IMG/VR virus record: IMGVR_UViG_3300042317_000390
Location: 96,001 to 160,000 of that record
Reading direction: 5' to 3' (one strand)
Origin: a virus
DNA: 64,000 nt
Part shown: positions 10,342 through 20,990 of the stretch, piece by piece
How positions within the stretch are numbered: the first letter of the stretch is position 1
How the letters are laid out: every line of letters starts with the position of its first letter
Notes under the pieces: generated by a model
Databases searched by the model: none
The model's input: the letters and a program-made list of their open reading frames with translations, nothing else
Told to the model about the DNA's origin: nothing
Program-made: the position numbers and the translations under genes

Positions 10342-11763
10342 ATGCCAATATCAAAGTCATTAACAACAGCACTAATTGATGGTACTGGAGCTATAACTCC
10401 AGCCAACGTCACTGTGTCAACCAATACTATGACTGTTGGCACAGCAATGTATGTTGTTGCTAATGGCAATGTTGGTATTGGAACTAATGCCCCTGTTGGT
10501 TATCCAAATTATACGACATTAGAAGTAAGAAATACTGGTGGTGGATTGTTACGACTAGGTAATAGCGCCACCAGCGCTGGTTATATTTACAATGACGGTA
10601 ATAATATGGGTATGTATAATCTAACATCTACTGGTTTGTTAGATTTTGGCGCCAATGGTCAATTACAAATGAGAATAACTCCCAGCGGCAACGTTGGTAT
10701 TGGTCTTACTAATCCATCATACAAACTTGATGTCACAGGAACATTTAGAGCAACAGGCTATACCCATGCCGGTGGTCTTGTTGCAGGTGCAAATCTTGTA
10801 GCTAACGACTTAACATCAACAGCAGCACTTCGAATTGGTAATAGTGGCGGCGACAGTCTTTTTATCGGGCAGTTTGCAAACTCTCATATATGGATGCAGG
10901 GAGCTTATTTTAATTCTACTCTTGCTACATATGCTCTGATATTACAACCATTAGGTAATGGTGTTACTATTGGTTCTAATAATGTACCCCAGAATTCCAG
11001 ACTTATGGTTATGGGTATTGGTCAAACTTCTAATAATATTTCTGATTCTGGATATCATGATGCTTCTATAATGATAGCTGCCAAAGATGGTTATTATGGC
11101 GGCGGCGGGGCTTTGTATTTTTCTACCAAAAATGATAATGGAACATATCTGCCTGTTTGGGCTATGAAGTTGTTTTATACAAACGGCATTGCCAATGGTG
11201 TTGGTGATTTGGTATTTTCAGGCAGAGCAAGTGGCTTGGCCACAGGCACCACAGAACGTATGAGATTGAATTCTGACGGTGTATTAGGTTTGACTGGTGG
11301 TAGAATACAGTTTCCTGCCACACAAGTTGCAAGCACTGACGCCAACACCCTTGATGATTATGAGGAAGGAACTTGGACACCAACACTAGAATGTTCAACA
11401 ACAAACCCAACTTTAACTTATAGCTTACAGGCAGGAAGATATACAAAAATTGGTAATGTGGTATTTCTCAATTTTGATTTAAGATGGTCTTCTTTAACAA
11501 ATATTGGTTCTGGTAACCTATGGATAGGAGGATTACCATTTGGTTCACAATCTCAATACGAAGCTGGTGTAGTAAGCGAAAAGTTTGGAGTTTCAAATCC
11601 TGCTGGTAGTTATGGAGTTAATGTGGAAACATTCGCGGGAACATCCAGATTATATTTAACAGGTAATAGAACAGACAATGGTGGTTCTCCTGCATTTGGC
11701 GCAGGAACATTAGCAACAGGCCAATCAGGTTATCTAATAGGCGCTATAACATATAAAATTTAA
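10342..11763 (+). CDS. tail fibre / receptor-binding protein (paralogous C-terminus to 8790..10019)
   Basis: GNVGIGT repeats; same ANTLDDYEEGTWTP...YTKIGN...GLPF domain. Confidence 0.75.
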   Translation: MPISKSLTTALIDGTGAITPANVTVSTNTMTVGTAMYVVANGNVGIGTNAPVGYPNYTTLEVRNTGGGLLRLGNSATSAGYIYNDGNNMGMYNLTSTGLLDFGANGQLQMRITPSGNVGIGLTNPSYKLDVTGTFRATGYTHAGGLVAGANLVANDLTSTAALRIGNSGGDSLFIGQFANSHIWMQGAYFNSTLATYALILQPLGNGVTIGSNNVPQNSRLMVMGIGQTSNNISDSGYHDASIMIAAKDGYYGGGGALYFSTKNDNGTYLPVWAMKLFYTNGIANGVGDLVFSGRASGLATGTTERMRLNSDGVLGLTGGRIQFPATQVASTDANTLDDYEEGTWTPTLECSTTNPTLTYSLQAGRYTKIGNVVFLNFDLRWSSLTNIGSGNLWIGGLPFGSQSQYEAGVVSEKFGVSNPAGSYGVNVETFAGTSRLYLTGNRTDNGGSPAFGAGTLATGQSGYLIGAITYKI

Positions 11764-11773
11764 GGAACAATAA

Positions 11774-14071
11774 ATGGCAGGATATATCGGTCAGACTCCG
11801 GGTCAAGGTCAGATTCAATACTTTACGTTCACATCAACGAATGGTCAGACCACATTTACTGGCGTTGACGATAACAAATATGTATTAAACTATTCTGTTG
11901 GCTTCTGCGATGTGTTCCTCAACGGTCGCCGTCTAACTCCAACATCTGACTATACTGCCATCGATGGTTCAACTATCGTTCTACAATCAGCAGCATCCCT
12001 TAATGACGTTCTATTTGTTGCTTCTGCTTCTACTTTTGATACAGCAGACTGGGTTACTAATGCTGTAAACTATGTTTATACTGCATCATCAGGCCAAACA
12101 ACCTTTACTGGTGTTGATGATAATTCTAATACTCTTTCTTATGTTAATGGAACTATTCTGGTATCTGTTAATGGTATCAACATTCCACAATCAGACTATA
12201 CAGCAACTAACGGAACGTCAGTTGTATTGGATATTGGTGTTAATGCTGGTGATATTGTTCAGATTTTCTCTTTAAGAACTATGGCTGTTGTGAACTTCTT
12301 ACCGCTAACTGGTGGGACAATTTCAGGTAATGTTACTGTTGGTAATAGCACTGTTAACACTCAGATTTCTGCTGGTAATATCGCTCTGAATGGTTCGTCA
12401 TTAATTATTGGAAATTCCACTGTTAATGTTGTTGTTACAGAAACTAGCTTGAAGATTTCTAATAGTTCTTCTAATGTTACTTTTGGTTCTGGGCCAGCAA
12501 CTATCAATGCTATTGCTTCTAATACGTTTACTATTGGAACAGCCGCCTATGTTGTTGCTAACGGTAATGTTGGTATTGGTACAGCAACACCAGACTATAA
12601 GCTAACCGTTCCCGGTGTAATCGCAACAAACAGTTCTTTAAGAGTTTTTGGTGGGTCCAACCCATTCGTATCACTGGCAGATAACAGCGGTATTGGTACA
12701 GCTTATCTACAGGTTGCTTCAAGTATCTTGAATCTATATTATGTTAATTCTGTTTCTGTTTCTGCTGGTGGTTCTACTAGGGCCATCTTTGCTGCTAATG
12801 GTAATTTTGGAATTGGTAACACAAATCCAGTCACAAAGTTACACATTACTAGCAACGATCAAGGCGGCGATCTGATAAGACTCACATCAAGTAACAATAA
12901 TGGAACTTCTATGAGTTTCATAAGTTCTTCTACAAACGGAAGAACCTATAGAATTGGATCTAATTATTCTTCCGGTGCTGGTGAGTTTTCTATATACGAT
13001 TCTACTGCTTCATCTACAAGACTTTTGATATCAAATACAGGTCTTATACAGACTTATGCTAATAATATAATTCGTACTGGATTAACAACTGGTGCTTTAC
13101 AAGTATTAGGCACAACTTACGATCAAAGATTAGCGAGTTATGATATTGCTATTTTTCAAAATGATGATGCTGCTGCTATTAGAATTGTTGAAGCTAATTC
13201 TTCTGCTTCTATATCAGAATTAAGTTTGTGTTCTGGTGATGGGCCATCTTCTAATGTTTCAGTCATAGGATCAACTGGATCAATAGCTTTTGCCACTGCT
13301 AGATCAGCAGGAACTCCTGGTTACGTGCTAACAAATGAGCGTATGCGTATTGAAACAACAGGAAATATTGGTATTGGTACCAACGCTCCAACTGCTTCTA
13401 GAAGAGTCCATATTGTTGATGGTTCTCTTAGAGTAAAGATGGAAGCAACTACTAACAATGGTTATTGTTCTTTAGACATGACCAGTAAAGATGGTTCTGG
13501 CGTTTCTACAAATATATATGCTGGTATGGGTATATCTAGCGCCTCTTCTTGGGAAATTTTTGATCAAACAAATAATCATTTAGCCCACAGATATATGACT
13601 GGAGCATCTGGTTTTCATGACTTCAGAACTCAAGGTCTACAAAGATTATTAATAGACGCTAACGGTCAGGTAAGAAAACCATACCAACATGCATGGTTTT
13701 ATTCTGGCGGTACTACCCTTGCAACAACAACATGGGTGGTTTCCAAACCATCATCAGCAGTTATTTCTAATGCTAATTATAATACTTCTACTGGATTGTT
13801 CACTGCCCCTGTTGCTGGAAAATATATGATAGGATGTTATGGATTATTTTATCCTCATACAGGAGTATTTACATCTTCTATTTGGAAAAATGGTGCATCT
13901 TATGGTCAACAAGTCCAATCTGGTTATGATTCTTCTCAACACACATTAGTTAATATTACAGTAATAGTAGATATGGCAGTAAATGACACTATCGGTTTTG
14001 CTTTTTATAGAACCGATAGCGCTAACCTCTATGGTGGTCAGTGGAACCAGTGGGGTTATTTCTTAGGATAA
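11774..14071 (+). CDS. tail fibre with C-terminal C1q-like domain
   Basis: MAGYIG start; two GQTTFTGVDDN domains; GN.GIGT repeats; YNTSTGLFTAPVAGKY C1q-like signature. Confidence 0.75.
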   Translation: MAGYIGQTPGQGQIQYFTFTSTNGQTTFTGVDDNKYVLNYSVGFCDVFLNGRRLTPTSDYTAIDGSTIVLQSAASLNDVLFVASASTFDTADWVTNAVNYVYTASSGQTTFTGVDDNSNTLSYVNGTILVSVNGINIPQSDYTATNGTSVVLDIGVNAGDIVQIFSLRTMAVVNFLPLTGGTISGNVTVGNSTVNTQISAGNIALNGSSLIIGNSTVNVVVTETSLKISNSSSNVTFGSGPATINAIASNTFTIGTAAYVVANGNVGIGTATPDYKLTVPGVIATNSSLRVFGGSNPFVSLADNSGIGTAYLQVASSILNLYYVNSVSVSAGGSTRAIFAANGNFGIGNTNPVTKLHITSNDQGGDLIRLTSSNNNGTSMSFISSSTNGRTYRIGSNYSSGAGEFSIYDSTASSTRLLISNTGLIQTYANNIIRTGLTTGALQVLGTTYDQRLASYDIAIFQNDDAAAIRIVEANSSASISELSLCSGDGPSSNVSVIGSTGSIAFATARSAGTPGYVLTNERMRIETTGNIGIGTNAPTASRRVHIVDGSLRVKMEATTNNGYCSLDMTSKDGSGVSTNIYAGMGISSASSWEIFDQTNNHLAHRYMTGASGFHDFRTQGLQRLLIDANGQVRKPYQHAWFYSGGTTLATTTWVVSKPSSAVISNANYNTSTGLFTAPVAGKYMIGCYGLFYPHTGVFTSSIWKNGASYGQQVQSGYDSSQHTLVNITVIVDMAVNDTIGFAFYRTDSANLYGGQWNQWGYFLG

Positions 14072-14096
14072 TAAATAATATCAAAAAGGCAGTTAA

Positions 14097-15719
14097 ATGA
14101 CAAGTAAATTACTAAGTCAAGCAATAGGTCTAAGCGGAACCACAGGAAATAGTACTAACATTACTCTTTCCTCGAACGGTTCATTGCAACTTGCTGCCAA
14201 TGGTGGAACTGATATTTTCATTTCAGCCAACGATAATATTGGTTTTGGTAATACTGCTCCTGTCCATAAAGTTTCTATAAATGGCACTACATTTATCAGC
14301 AATAATGCTATAATCAATGCCAATTTATATTTCGGTACAACTACATCAAATACATCCAGATTGTTTCTGTCTACTCCTTCTGGAGACGGAACAGTAACGC
14401 TTTCTGGCGACGGGACTAATTTTGGTGTTTATAGAGCTGTTGGTGGTAGCTATTTTCAGCTTGGTACTACGACTGCAGTTCCTTTATATATTATTTCAAA
14501 CAATTCAAACAGAGTGATGATAGCAGCGAATGGTAATATTGGTATTGGAAATAGTAATCCAGCATATCCACTATATGTAGCTGCAGCAGCCGACGGAGCT
14601 ATTGTTGGGTTTGAATCAACTTCTTCAAACGGTTTCTATTCTACATATTTCAATGGATCTTCGATAACAGGCTATATTGGGACTGCTAATCGTGTTGCTT
14701 CCGGTAGTAATACAGATTTTGGTATTGGCACTCCAGGCGCTGCTGGCGTATTTTTATCAACAAACAATTCAGTTAAATTTTATGTTTCTGCAAACGGCAA
14801 CGTTGGTATAGGGACCACGCCTAGTTCTAAACTGCACGTATATGGAGATGCTAATTCTTCTGTAATAAAAATAACCGACGCTACTTTAGGATCCACTTAT
14901 GGGTCTTATGTCAAAGGTTATGGCGTTGGTGGTGTTGGGGGTTTTACTGAAATTGGAGTTGTTGATTCTGATAATTATTCAAAAGGAATAACAATATCGC
15001 AACAAGCTAATTATGTAGCTTTCAACACTGGTTATGCTGGTTCTAATTCAAACGTAGAACGTATGAGAATTGCCGCTAATGGCAACATCGGTATTGGGAC
15101 TGCATCCCCAACTCAAAAACTGCATGTCGTAGGTCTTATCAATTCTAGTGATGGTAGTTCAGATAGATCATATATTGGATGGAAAGCTGGTTCAACATAC
15201 GGATATAGCGGTCTTCATCTAATTAATATAGATAATTCATCTCTTGTTCTGGGAACTAACAATACTGCCAGAACAATTATTGATGTGAACGGTAATGTTA
15301 TTAGTCCGAATCAACCTTATTGTAGAGCAGTTTCCAGCGCTGGTAATGTCACTGTAGTTAATGGAAACCAAGTAATTCCATATAATAGTGCACTATCTAA
15401 TATTGGCAGCCATTTTAATACTTCAACATACAGATTCACGATGCCAGTGGCAGGTAAATATCTGGTAACAGCTTCTATTCAGTTAAATGGAGGTTCGGCT
15501 CAATATTATAATTTGTATATTAGAGTAAATGGTTCAGGGCAATTTGGCACCTTCCAAACAGGTTCTGGTCTAGCATATCAACAATTCAGTACAACTGGCG
15601 TCGTCAATGGAAGCGCCACAGATTATATAGACGTCGCTCTTTTTGCAGTTTCTGGTAGTGGAACTTTAGAATGTTCAGGCGATACTAGATGCTCGCTATC
15701 AATCACTTTATTAAGTTAA
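14097..15719 (+). CDS. tail fibre with C-terminal C1q-like domain
   Basis: Multiple ANGN(I/V)GIG repeats; FNTSTYRFTMPVAGKY C1q-like signature. Confidence 0.75.
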   Translation: MTSKLLSQAIGLSGTTGNSTNITLSSNGSLQLAANGGTDIFISANDNIGFGNTAPVHKVSINGTTFISNNAIINANLYFGTTTSNTSRLFLSTPSGDGTVTLSGDGTNFGVYRAVGGSYFQLGTTTAVPLYIISNNSNRVMIAANGNIGIGNSNPAYPLYVAAAADGAIVGFESTSSNGFYSTYFNGSSITGYIGTANRVASGSNTDFGIGTPGAAGVFLSTNNSVKFYVSANGNVGIGTTPSSKLHVYGDANSSVIKITDATLGSTYGSYVKGYGVGGVGGFTEIGVVDSDNYSKGITISQQANYVAFNTGYAGSNSNVERMRIAANGNIGIGTASPTQKLHVVGLINSSDGSSDRSYIGWKAGSTYGYSGLHLINIDNSSLVLGTNNTARTIIDVNGNVISPNQPYCRAVSSAGNVTVVNGNQVIPYNSALSNIGSHFNTSTYRFTMPVAGKYLVTASIQLNGGSAQYYNLYIRVNGSGQFGTFQTGSGLAYQQFSTTGVVNGSATDYIDVALFAVSGSGTLECSGDTRCSLSITLLS

Positions 15720-15742
15720 TTATGTCAATCAAGGAGTAAACA

Positions 15743-16024
15743 ATGGCAAATTATACAATTACTTACACAGCAACTGAAGATCTAGCTATGCAGTATGCCG
15801 CAGCTTCTGTTGATGATTGGATTCAGAACGCAGCACACGAAAGAGCAAGAATTGCTATTGATGAAATCGTAGCAGTTGCTGTTCAAAAGTTTCTAGAAGC
15901 TGGTCAATCAATTCCCGGTTCTAAGGATGAAATCGTAGCAGCAGCTTTTGATAATGGTTGGGTAAAAACAGCCGCTCAGAGAAATGAAGAGGCACTAGCC
16001 ACTATTCCAGTAGCAAATACCTAA
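15743..16024 (+). CDS. putative fibre-associated small protein
   Basis: AAGGAG RBS; 93 aa, follows C1q fibre; W..NA..ERARIAIDEI. Confidence 0.6.
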   Translation: MANYTITYTATEDLAMQYAAASVDDWIQNAAHERARIAIDEIVAVAVQKFLEAGQSIPGSKDEIVAAAFDNGWVKTAAQRNEEALATIPVANT

Positions 16025-16045
16025 ATACCAATAAAAAGGTAAAAC

Positions 16046-19000
16046 ATGTCAGTAACCAATGACTTATCCAGACTAGCTAATAACGCAAATGTTATCATTA
16101 ATTCAATCACAGTAAACTCTACTGCGATCACTTCTGTTAACGTTGCGGGTATTACTATTAACTCTTCTGGATATACTGGTGATGCTAATAATGCTGCTTA
16201 TCTAGGTGGGTCTAGTTTATCGACTATTCAAGGACAAATTACCTCTAACGCATCTTCTGCGTATAGTAATTCAGTAACATACACTGATACAAAGATAGGA
16301 ACTGCGAACAGTGCTATTATAGCTAATGCTAGTGCTGCCTATAGTAATGCTACTTCATATACAGATACTAAAATTGGTACAGCTAATAGCGCTATTGTGG
16401 CCAATGCTTCAGCGGCTTATAGTAATTCTGTTTCTTATGTTGATACCAAGATTGGTACAGCTAATTCTGCAATTACTGGAAACGCTGCTACTGCATATAC
16501 TAATGCTGTCAGCTACACAGATACGAAAATAGGAACTGCTAACTCGGCAATAGTCGCTAATGCATCTGCTGCATATACTAACGCTACAGTATTCGCTTCC
16601 AATGCTACAAACGTTAATACTGGTACACTAGCAGAAGCTAGATTACCATACCGTATGAATCAGAATGTTCGTAATACAGATACGGTAGAATTTGGCGGAA
16701 TGACTCTTACTGGAAATCTAGTAGTTTCTGGTAACGTCAATATTATCGGCGCTAATAACTTATCAGTGTCTGATAATATGATTTATCTTAATTCTAATAA
16801 TGACGTTAGTAATCCAGATATTGGTATTGCTGGTAATTATAACGATGGTACTTATGCTCATACTGGTATCTTTAGAGATGCAACCGATGGTATATGGAAA
16901 GTATTTGACAACTATGGTCCAGAACCAGATGCTAGTCCATACATTGATACAAGTAACACTAGTTTTCGTTTAGCTAACTTCCAAGCAAATAACTTTTATG
17001 GTGGTAATACTACTGCTAATTGGTTTGTTGCTAATACTTCTGGCGCATATACTACGTTATTAAGCGGTAATGTATCTTCATCTTCATATGTATCTGTAGG
17101 TAATTCTACTGTTAATGTTGTAGCTAACTCATCATCTATAACGTTTAATTCTTCTGTTGCGGCTTATGCTAGTTTTTATAAACCTTCAGCTAATGGTTCT
17201 GCTTATGTTGCGGTTGTAGGTTCTAATAACGCATCTAATCCTTATTGGAATGGTTGGCAATTTGTTGCGCCGGGGGTGTTCGCAAACTCATCTGCTGGTA
17301 ATGCGTTTCCTAGAACTTCTCATTTTTATTCTTTTACTAGCACCTCAAATCCATCAGATTTGTATTATAATATTCAAGCCGGTAATGATAGTGGAATTGG
17401 TACTGGTATAAAAATTTATGCAGTTAGTACAACTAATTCAAGAACTGGTATTGATATTTCAGCTAATGGTAATGTTGGTATTGGAACTACATCACCATCA
17501 AGCAAATTAAACATTAACAGTAGCACTAATGATGGTTTAAAAGTCACAGATGGTACAGTAACGTCTATTCTTTATAACACCTCTAGTTCTTCTGGTTCTA
17601 TTGGCACCGTATCTAATCATACATTTAATATTTACTCAAACAATACAATTCGTGCATCTTTTACAAATAACGGTGATCTTCAAGTTGGAAATCAATCTGC
17701 TGCAGCTAATACTTTAAGATATTTTGATCTGCAAAATACGGATACTGGTGTAAGTGCTGGTGCTATTATGCGTTTTATTACTGCTAATAGTTCTGGTGGT
17801 GCTGCTACTACTGTTGATATGGTTAAGTATAAAAATGGTTCATTCTATATTAACAATAATGACGGTTCTGGTTCTACAAGTTTTGGAACTGCCGGGACAC
17901 AACGTTTATATATTGGGGCGAATGGTAACGTTGGTGTTTCTACAACATCGCCAGCATATGCATTAGATGTTAATGGAATAATAAATTCACAAGATCAATT
18001 CAGAGCTTACGGCGGCGGTGGTGATGTTCGTCTAAACGGTAATTATGCTGGAAATACAGCAGTTGTTGGTACTGTAGGTTCAACCGGTTTTGGTATCATG
18101 ACCAGTAACGATCCTTCTCGTTTATGGATTGCTTCTGGAGGTAATGTTGGTATTAATACTAAATCACCACTAGGTAAATTTACAGTCAGACCATCGACCG
18201 ACAATACAGCTATTACATTAAGCGATGGTGATCCATCAACAGGAGCTTGGATTCGTAATGATGGCTCTAATATGGTCATTTCAACCAATGTTGGTGAAAT
18301 GTATTATGGATATAGCGGTTCGTCTAAAAATCTATATTTTATGCCTGGCGGCGGATCTTCTGGACTTACAATAGGAACAGATAGAGTTGTTTACGCACCA
18401 GTTCAATTTAGATCGCCTGTAATATATGATTACGATGATACAACTTATTATATTGATCCTAATTCATCATCAAAAATATCAGGTCTTATAACCTTTAATA
18501 CAGCTTATGGATCTTCTGTTTTACAAGATGGCCAAGGATTTGTTATTAATGGTAACTATACTAATGGTTATTATAGTCACAGATTTAGAAAATGGGACGA
18601 TGGAAATGGCGTTCCATTATATGTTCAATATACAACAGGAACTATCGGAAGCTGGTCAAATATAGCAAAATTCGGACCAGGTGGAAATGGTGAAACTGCA
18701 CAGTTTTCTGTATTTGGTTATGGGTATGCATCTGGTTCTTGGAGAGCGCCAGTATTTTATGATTCTGACGATACTGGCTACTACATAGATCCAAACTCTA
18801 CATCAGACCAAGCACTAAGAATTAGAGGTGGTGCTTATTTTGGTCCAAATGCGTCTTGGAATAGATATCTATGGGTAGGTACAAACGGTCGTCCGTCTGA
18901 TGAAGCGTCTGTTTGTGCGACCGATGGTAATTTGCATATTGATTGCAAATCAGGAAATATGATCTATTTAAATTATTATAGTAATGCAAATGTGTATCAA

Positions 19001-19888
19001 GGTGGTTCTGGTTTCTTCTATTCAGGAACTTCAATTAGAGCACCTATATTTTATGATACTGACGATACAGCCTATTATGCCAATCTTGCTGGTGCTTCTA
19101 GACTTTCTGGCATTCAAAGCACAGGACGTTCTGGTAACTGGGATTCAGATTTCCAAAACACACCCGCCGACTCTTTCCGTTATGGTGGTGACTTAAACTC
19201 TGGTACAAACTGTCCTACTGGCGGTGGTTGGTGGGTTCAACAAAACTTCAGACACTCTAATTCTTCTAACTATTGGGGTGTTCAAGTTGCATGGGGTTGG
19301 GAAGATAAAGCACATGAACTATATACCAGAAACATCACTGGTAATAGTTTCAGTAGCTGGATTAGATATTCTAACTCTAATAACGGCGGTTCAATTCTTA
19401 TTGCTGATCTTTCAGCATCTGGTGCATCTACTATTGAATCGACAACATGCTTTAATGATAGCACATATAAAGCATATGAAATTCAATTCCAAGTTGTTCC
19501 CGGTTCAATGAGTGCTGGTATCTATATGCAGTTCTATGTTGGTGGCGCATGGAGAACGGCGGCTGGTGACTATAGAACATACTCTGCCATCTGGAATGCT
19601 GGTGGTTCACAAGGTTATGGACCAAACAGCTATATTGATATAGGTTGTGGTGGTCGTATTCGTAACTATGCCGGTATTACAGGTATTGCTTCTATTGTAT
19701 ATCCATCAAGAACAGATACTATGCCAATTATGACTGGTATTGCTGGTGCATGGGATTCTACGATTGATGGTGGTAACAAGATAAACTTTACTGGTTTGCT
19801 ATCATTTAACTCTGCGATTTCTGGTTTCAGAATTTATGCCTCTTCTGGCACAATATCTGGTTACGTTAAGGTATATGGAAGAAAATAA
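16046..19888 (+). CDS. long mosaic tail fibre
   Basis: 1280 aa; 26-aa YTDTK stalk repeats, GNVGIGT repeats, three RxP.(F/I)YD.DDT.YY modules. Confidence 0.75.
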   Translation: MSVTNDLSRLANNANVIINSITVNSTAITSVNVAGITINSSGYTGDANNAAYLGGSSLSTIQGQITSNASSAYSNSVTYTDTKIGTANSAIIANASAAYSNATSYTDTKIGTANSAIVANASAAYSNSVSYVDTKIGTANSAITGNAATAYTNAVSYTDTKIGTANSAIVANASAAYTNATVFASNATNVNTGTLAEARLPYRMNQNVRNTDTVEFGGMTLTGNLVVSGNVNIIGANNLSVSDNMIYLNSNNDVSNPDIGIAGNYNDGTYAHTGIFRDATDGIWKVFDNYGPEPDASPYIDTSNTSFRLANFQANNFYGGNTTANWFVANTSGAYTTLLSGNVSSSSYVSVGNSTVNVVANSSSITFNSSVAAYASFYKPSANGSAYVAVVGSNNASNPYWNGWQFVAPGVFANSSAGNAFPRTSHFYSFTSTSNPSDLYYNIQAGNDSGIGTGIKIYAVSTTNSRTGIDISANGNVGIGTTSPSSKLNINSSTNDGLKVTDGTVTSILYNTSSSSGSIGTVSNHTFNIYSNNTIRASFTNNGDLQVGNQSAAANTLRYFDLQNTDTGVSAGAIMRFITANSSGGAATTVDMVKYKNGSFYINNNDGSGSTSFGTAGTQRLYIGANGNVGVSTTSPAYALDVNGIINSQDQFRAYGGGGDVRLNGNYAGNTAVVGTVGSTGFGIMTSNDPSRLWIASGGNVGINTKSPLGKFTVRPSTDNTAITLSDGDPSTGAWIRNDGSNMVISTNVGEMYYGYSGSSKNLYFMPGGGSSGLTIGTDRVVYAPVQFRSPVIYDYDDTTYYIDPNSSSKISGLITFNTAYGSSVLQDGQGFVINGNYTNGYYSHRFRKWDDGNGVPLYVQYTTGTIGSWSNIAKFGPGGNGETAQFSVFGYGYASGSWRAPVFYDSDDTGYYIDPNSTSDQALRIRGGAYFGPNASWNRYLWVGTNGRPSDEASVCATDGNLHIDCKSGNMIYLNYYSNANVYQGGSGFFYSGTSIRAPIFYDTDDTAYYANLAGASRLSGIQSTGRSGNWDSDFQNTPADSFRYGGDLNSGTNCPTGGGWWVQQNFRHSNSSNYWGVQVAWGWEDKAHELYTRNITGNSFSSWIRYSNSNNGGSILIADLSASGASTIESTTCFNDSTYKAYEIQFQVVPGSMSAGIYMQFYVGGAWRTAAGDYRTYSAIWNAGGSQGYGPNSYIDIGCGGRIRNYAGITGIASIVYPSRTDTMPIMTGIAGAWDSTIDGGNKINFTGLLSFNSAISGFRIYASSGTISGYVKVYGRK
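16238..16585 (+). repeat. about 4.5 tandem 78-bp (26-aa) coding repeats
   Basis: Unit I..NA.(A/S/T)AY(S/T)N..(S/T)Y(T/V)DTKIGTANSA visible in the translation. Confidence 0.85.
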
Positions 19889-20340
19889 TGAAGCTATATA
19901 AGAAAAGACATAAAGATGATACTGAAACATTCTGGCGCACTTCTGATTGGGAAATCATCGGTCAGGATAAGACAGAAGCATGGGCTGAATTTCAGCTTTG
20001 GTTGGCGCAAGGTAATACACCAGACCCTGCCGATGACGAAGATGATACTCGTATCATTACTTTTATATCTGACCGTCAGTTCTTTCAACAGGCGGCTATT
20101 CAGGGTTTCATTTCACAAGAGGATGCTCTACAGGCAGTTAAGACAGGTTTTATTCCTGCTCCACTACAGGCTATTGTTGATACAATCACAGACCCCACAG
20201 ACAAGTTCAATGCAGAAATGCTTTTGTCTGGAGCAACAGAGTTTCAAAGAAACCATCCACTAACAAGTGTGATTGGCACAGCATTTGGGATGACAGAAGA
20301 AGATATAAATACTTTTTTTAGATCAGCATCAAATTTATAA
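19888..20340 (+). CDS. putative tail fibre assembly chaperone
   Basis: TAATG-coupled to the fibre; W.EFQ.WLAQGNTPDPAD and ISDRQFFQ...A..F.R.HPL...G....I..FF..A patterns. Confidence 0.6.
   Translation: MKLYKKRHKDDTETFWRTSDWEIIGQDKTEAWAEFQLWLAQGNTPDPADDEDDTRIITFISDRQFFQQAAIQGFISQEDALQAVKTGFIPAPLQAIVDTITDPTDKFNAEMLLSGATEFQRNHPLTSVIGTAFGMTEEDINTFFRSASNL
20304..20311 (+). promoter_or_regulatory. late promoter TATAAATA
   Basis: Exact consensus about 40 nt upstream of the 20354 ORF. Confidence 0.55.
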
Positions 20341-20353
20341 GAGGCAAACTAAA

Positions 20354-20716
20354 ATGGCAGTAACATATACATGGGAAGTCACCGGTCTAAAGACTACAAC
20401 AGTCGGTTCTGCTGACGATGTTGTAGTTCAGACATATTGGAAAAAGATTGGCAACGATGGTAATGGAAACGAAGGAACTTTCTCTGGAGCCACTCCATTT
20501 ACTGCCAATACGATGCCAGCAAATACATCCTTTATTCCATTTAATCAGCTAACAGAAGCTGATGTTCTTACATGGATTAAGGCAGTAGTTGTTGGTTCAT
20601 ACGAAGAACACGTCAATACACAGATTCAGAAGCAAATTGACGATAAAAAGAATCCTGTAGTAGAAGCAAATCTACCATGGGCACCAGCGCCAAATACGGC
20701 AACTAGCAATACATAA
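20354..20716 (+). CDS. fibre-associated hypothetical protein
   Basis: TYTW.V..L...V....W...FIPF.QLTE..VL.W...LPW pattern common next to phage fibres. Confidence 0.65.
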   Translation: MAVTYTWEVTGLKTTTVGSADDVVVQTYWKKIGNDGNGNEGTFSGATPFTANTMPANTSFIPFNQLTEADVLTWIKAVVVGSYEEHVNTQIQKQIDDKKNPVVEANLPWAPAPNTATSNT

Positions 20717-20733
20717 TTAGGAGATAGTAAATT

Positions 20734-20913
20734 ATGGATAAGACTGTAAAACTTGAGTTGACGATTGAACAGCTAAACGTTGTTATGGGTGGCCTTGTTA
20801 AGCTACCAATCGAAACAGCAATGGGAACTTTTAATGCCGTTCAGATGCAGGCTGACGCTCAGCTGAGATCGCCACCACCTGAAGGGCCATTATCGGACAA
20901 GGTTATCAACTAA
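20734..20913 (+). CDS. small hypothetical protein, 59 aa (absent from ORF track)
   Basis: AGGAG RBS; MDKTVKLELTIEQLNVVMGGLVKLP...KVIN*; followed by a terminator. Confidence 0.7.
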   Translation: MDKTVKLELTIEQLNVVMGGLVKLPIETAMGTFNAVQMQADAQLRSPPPEGPLSDKVIN

Positions 20914-20917
20914 AATT

Positions 20918-20943
20918 AAAGGGACCATTTCGGTCCCTTTTTT
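20918..20943 (+). terminator. rho-independent terminator
   Basis: AAAGGGACC-ATTTC-GGTCCCTTTTTT. Confidence 0.85.
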
Positions 20944-20947
20944 ATTA

Positions 20948-20955
20948 TATAAATA
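20948..20955 (+). promoter_or_regulatory. late promoter TATAAATA
   Basis: Exact consensus directly after the terminator, upstream of the 20991 fibre and gp13 operon. Confidence 0.8.
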
Positions 20956-20990
20956 AAGATAAAAACACTAACCAGAGGGGAAAGTGAACC

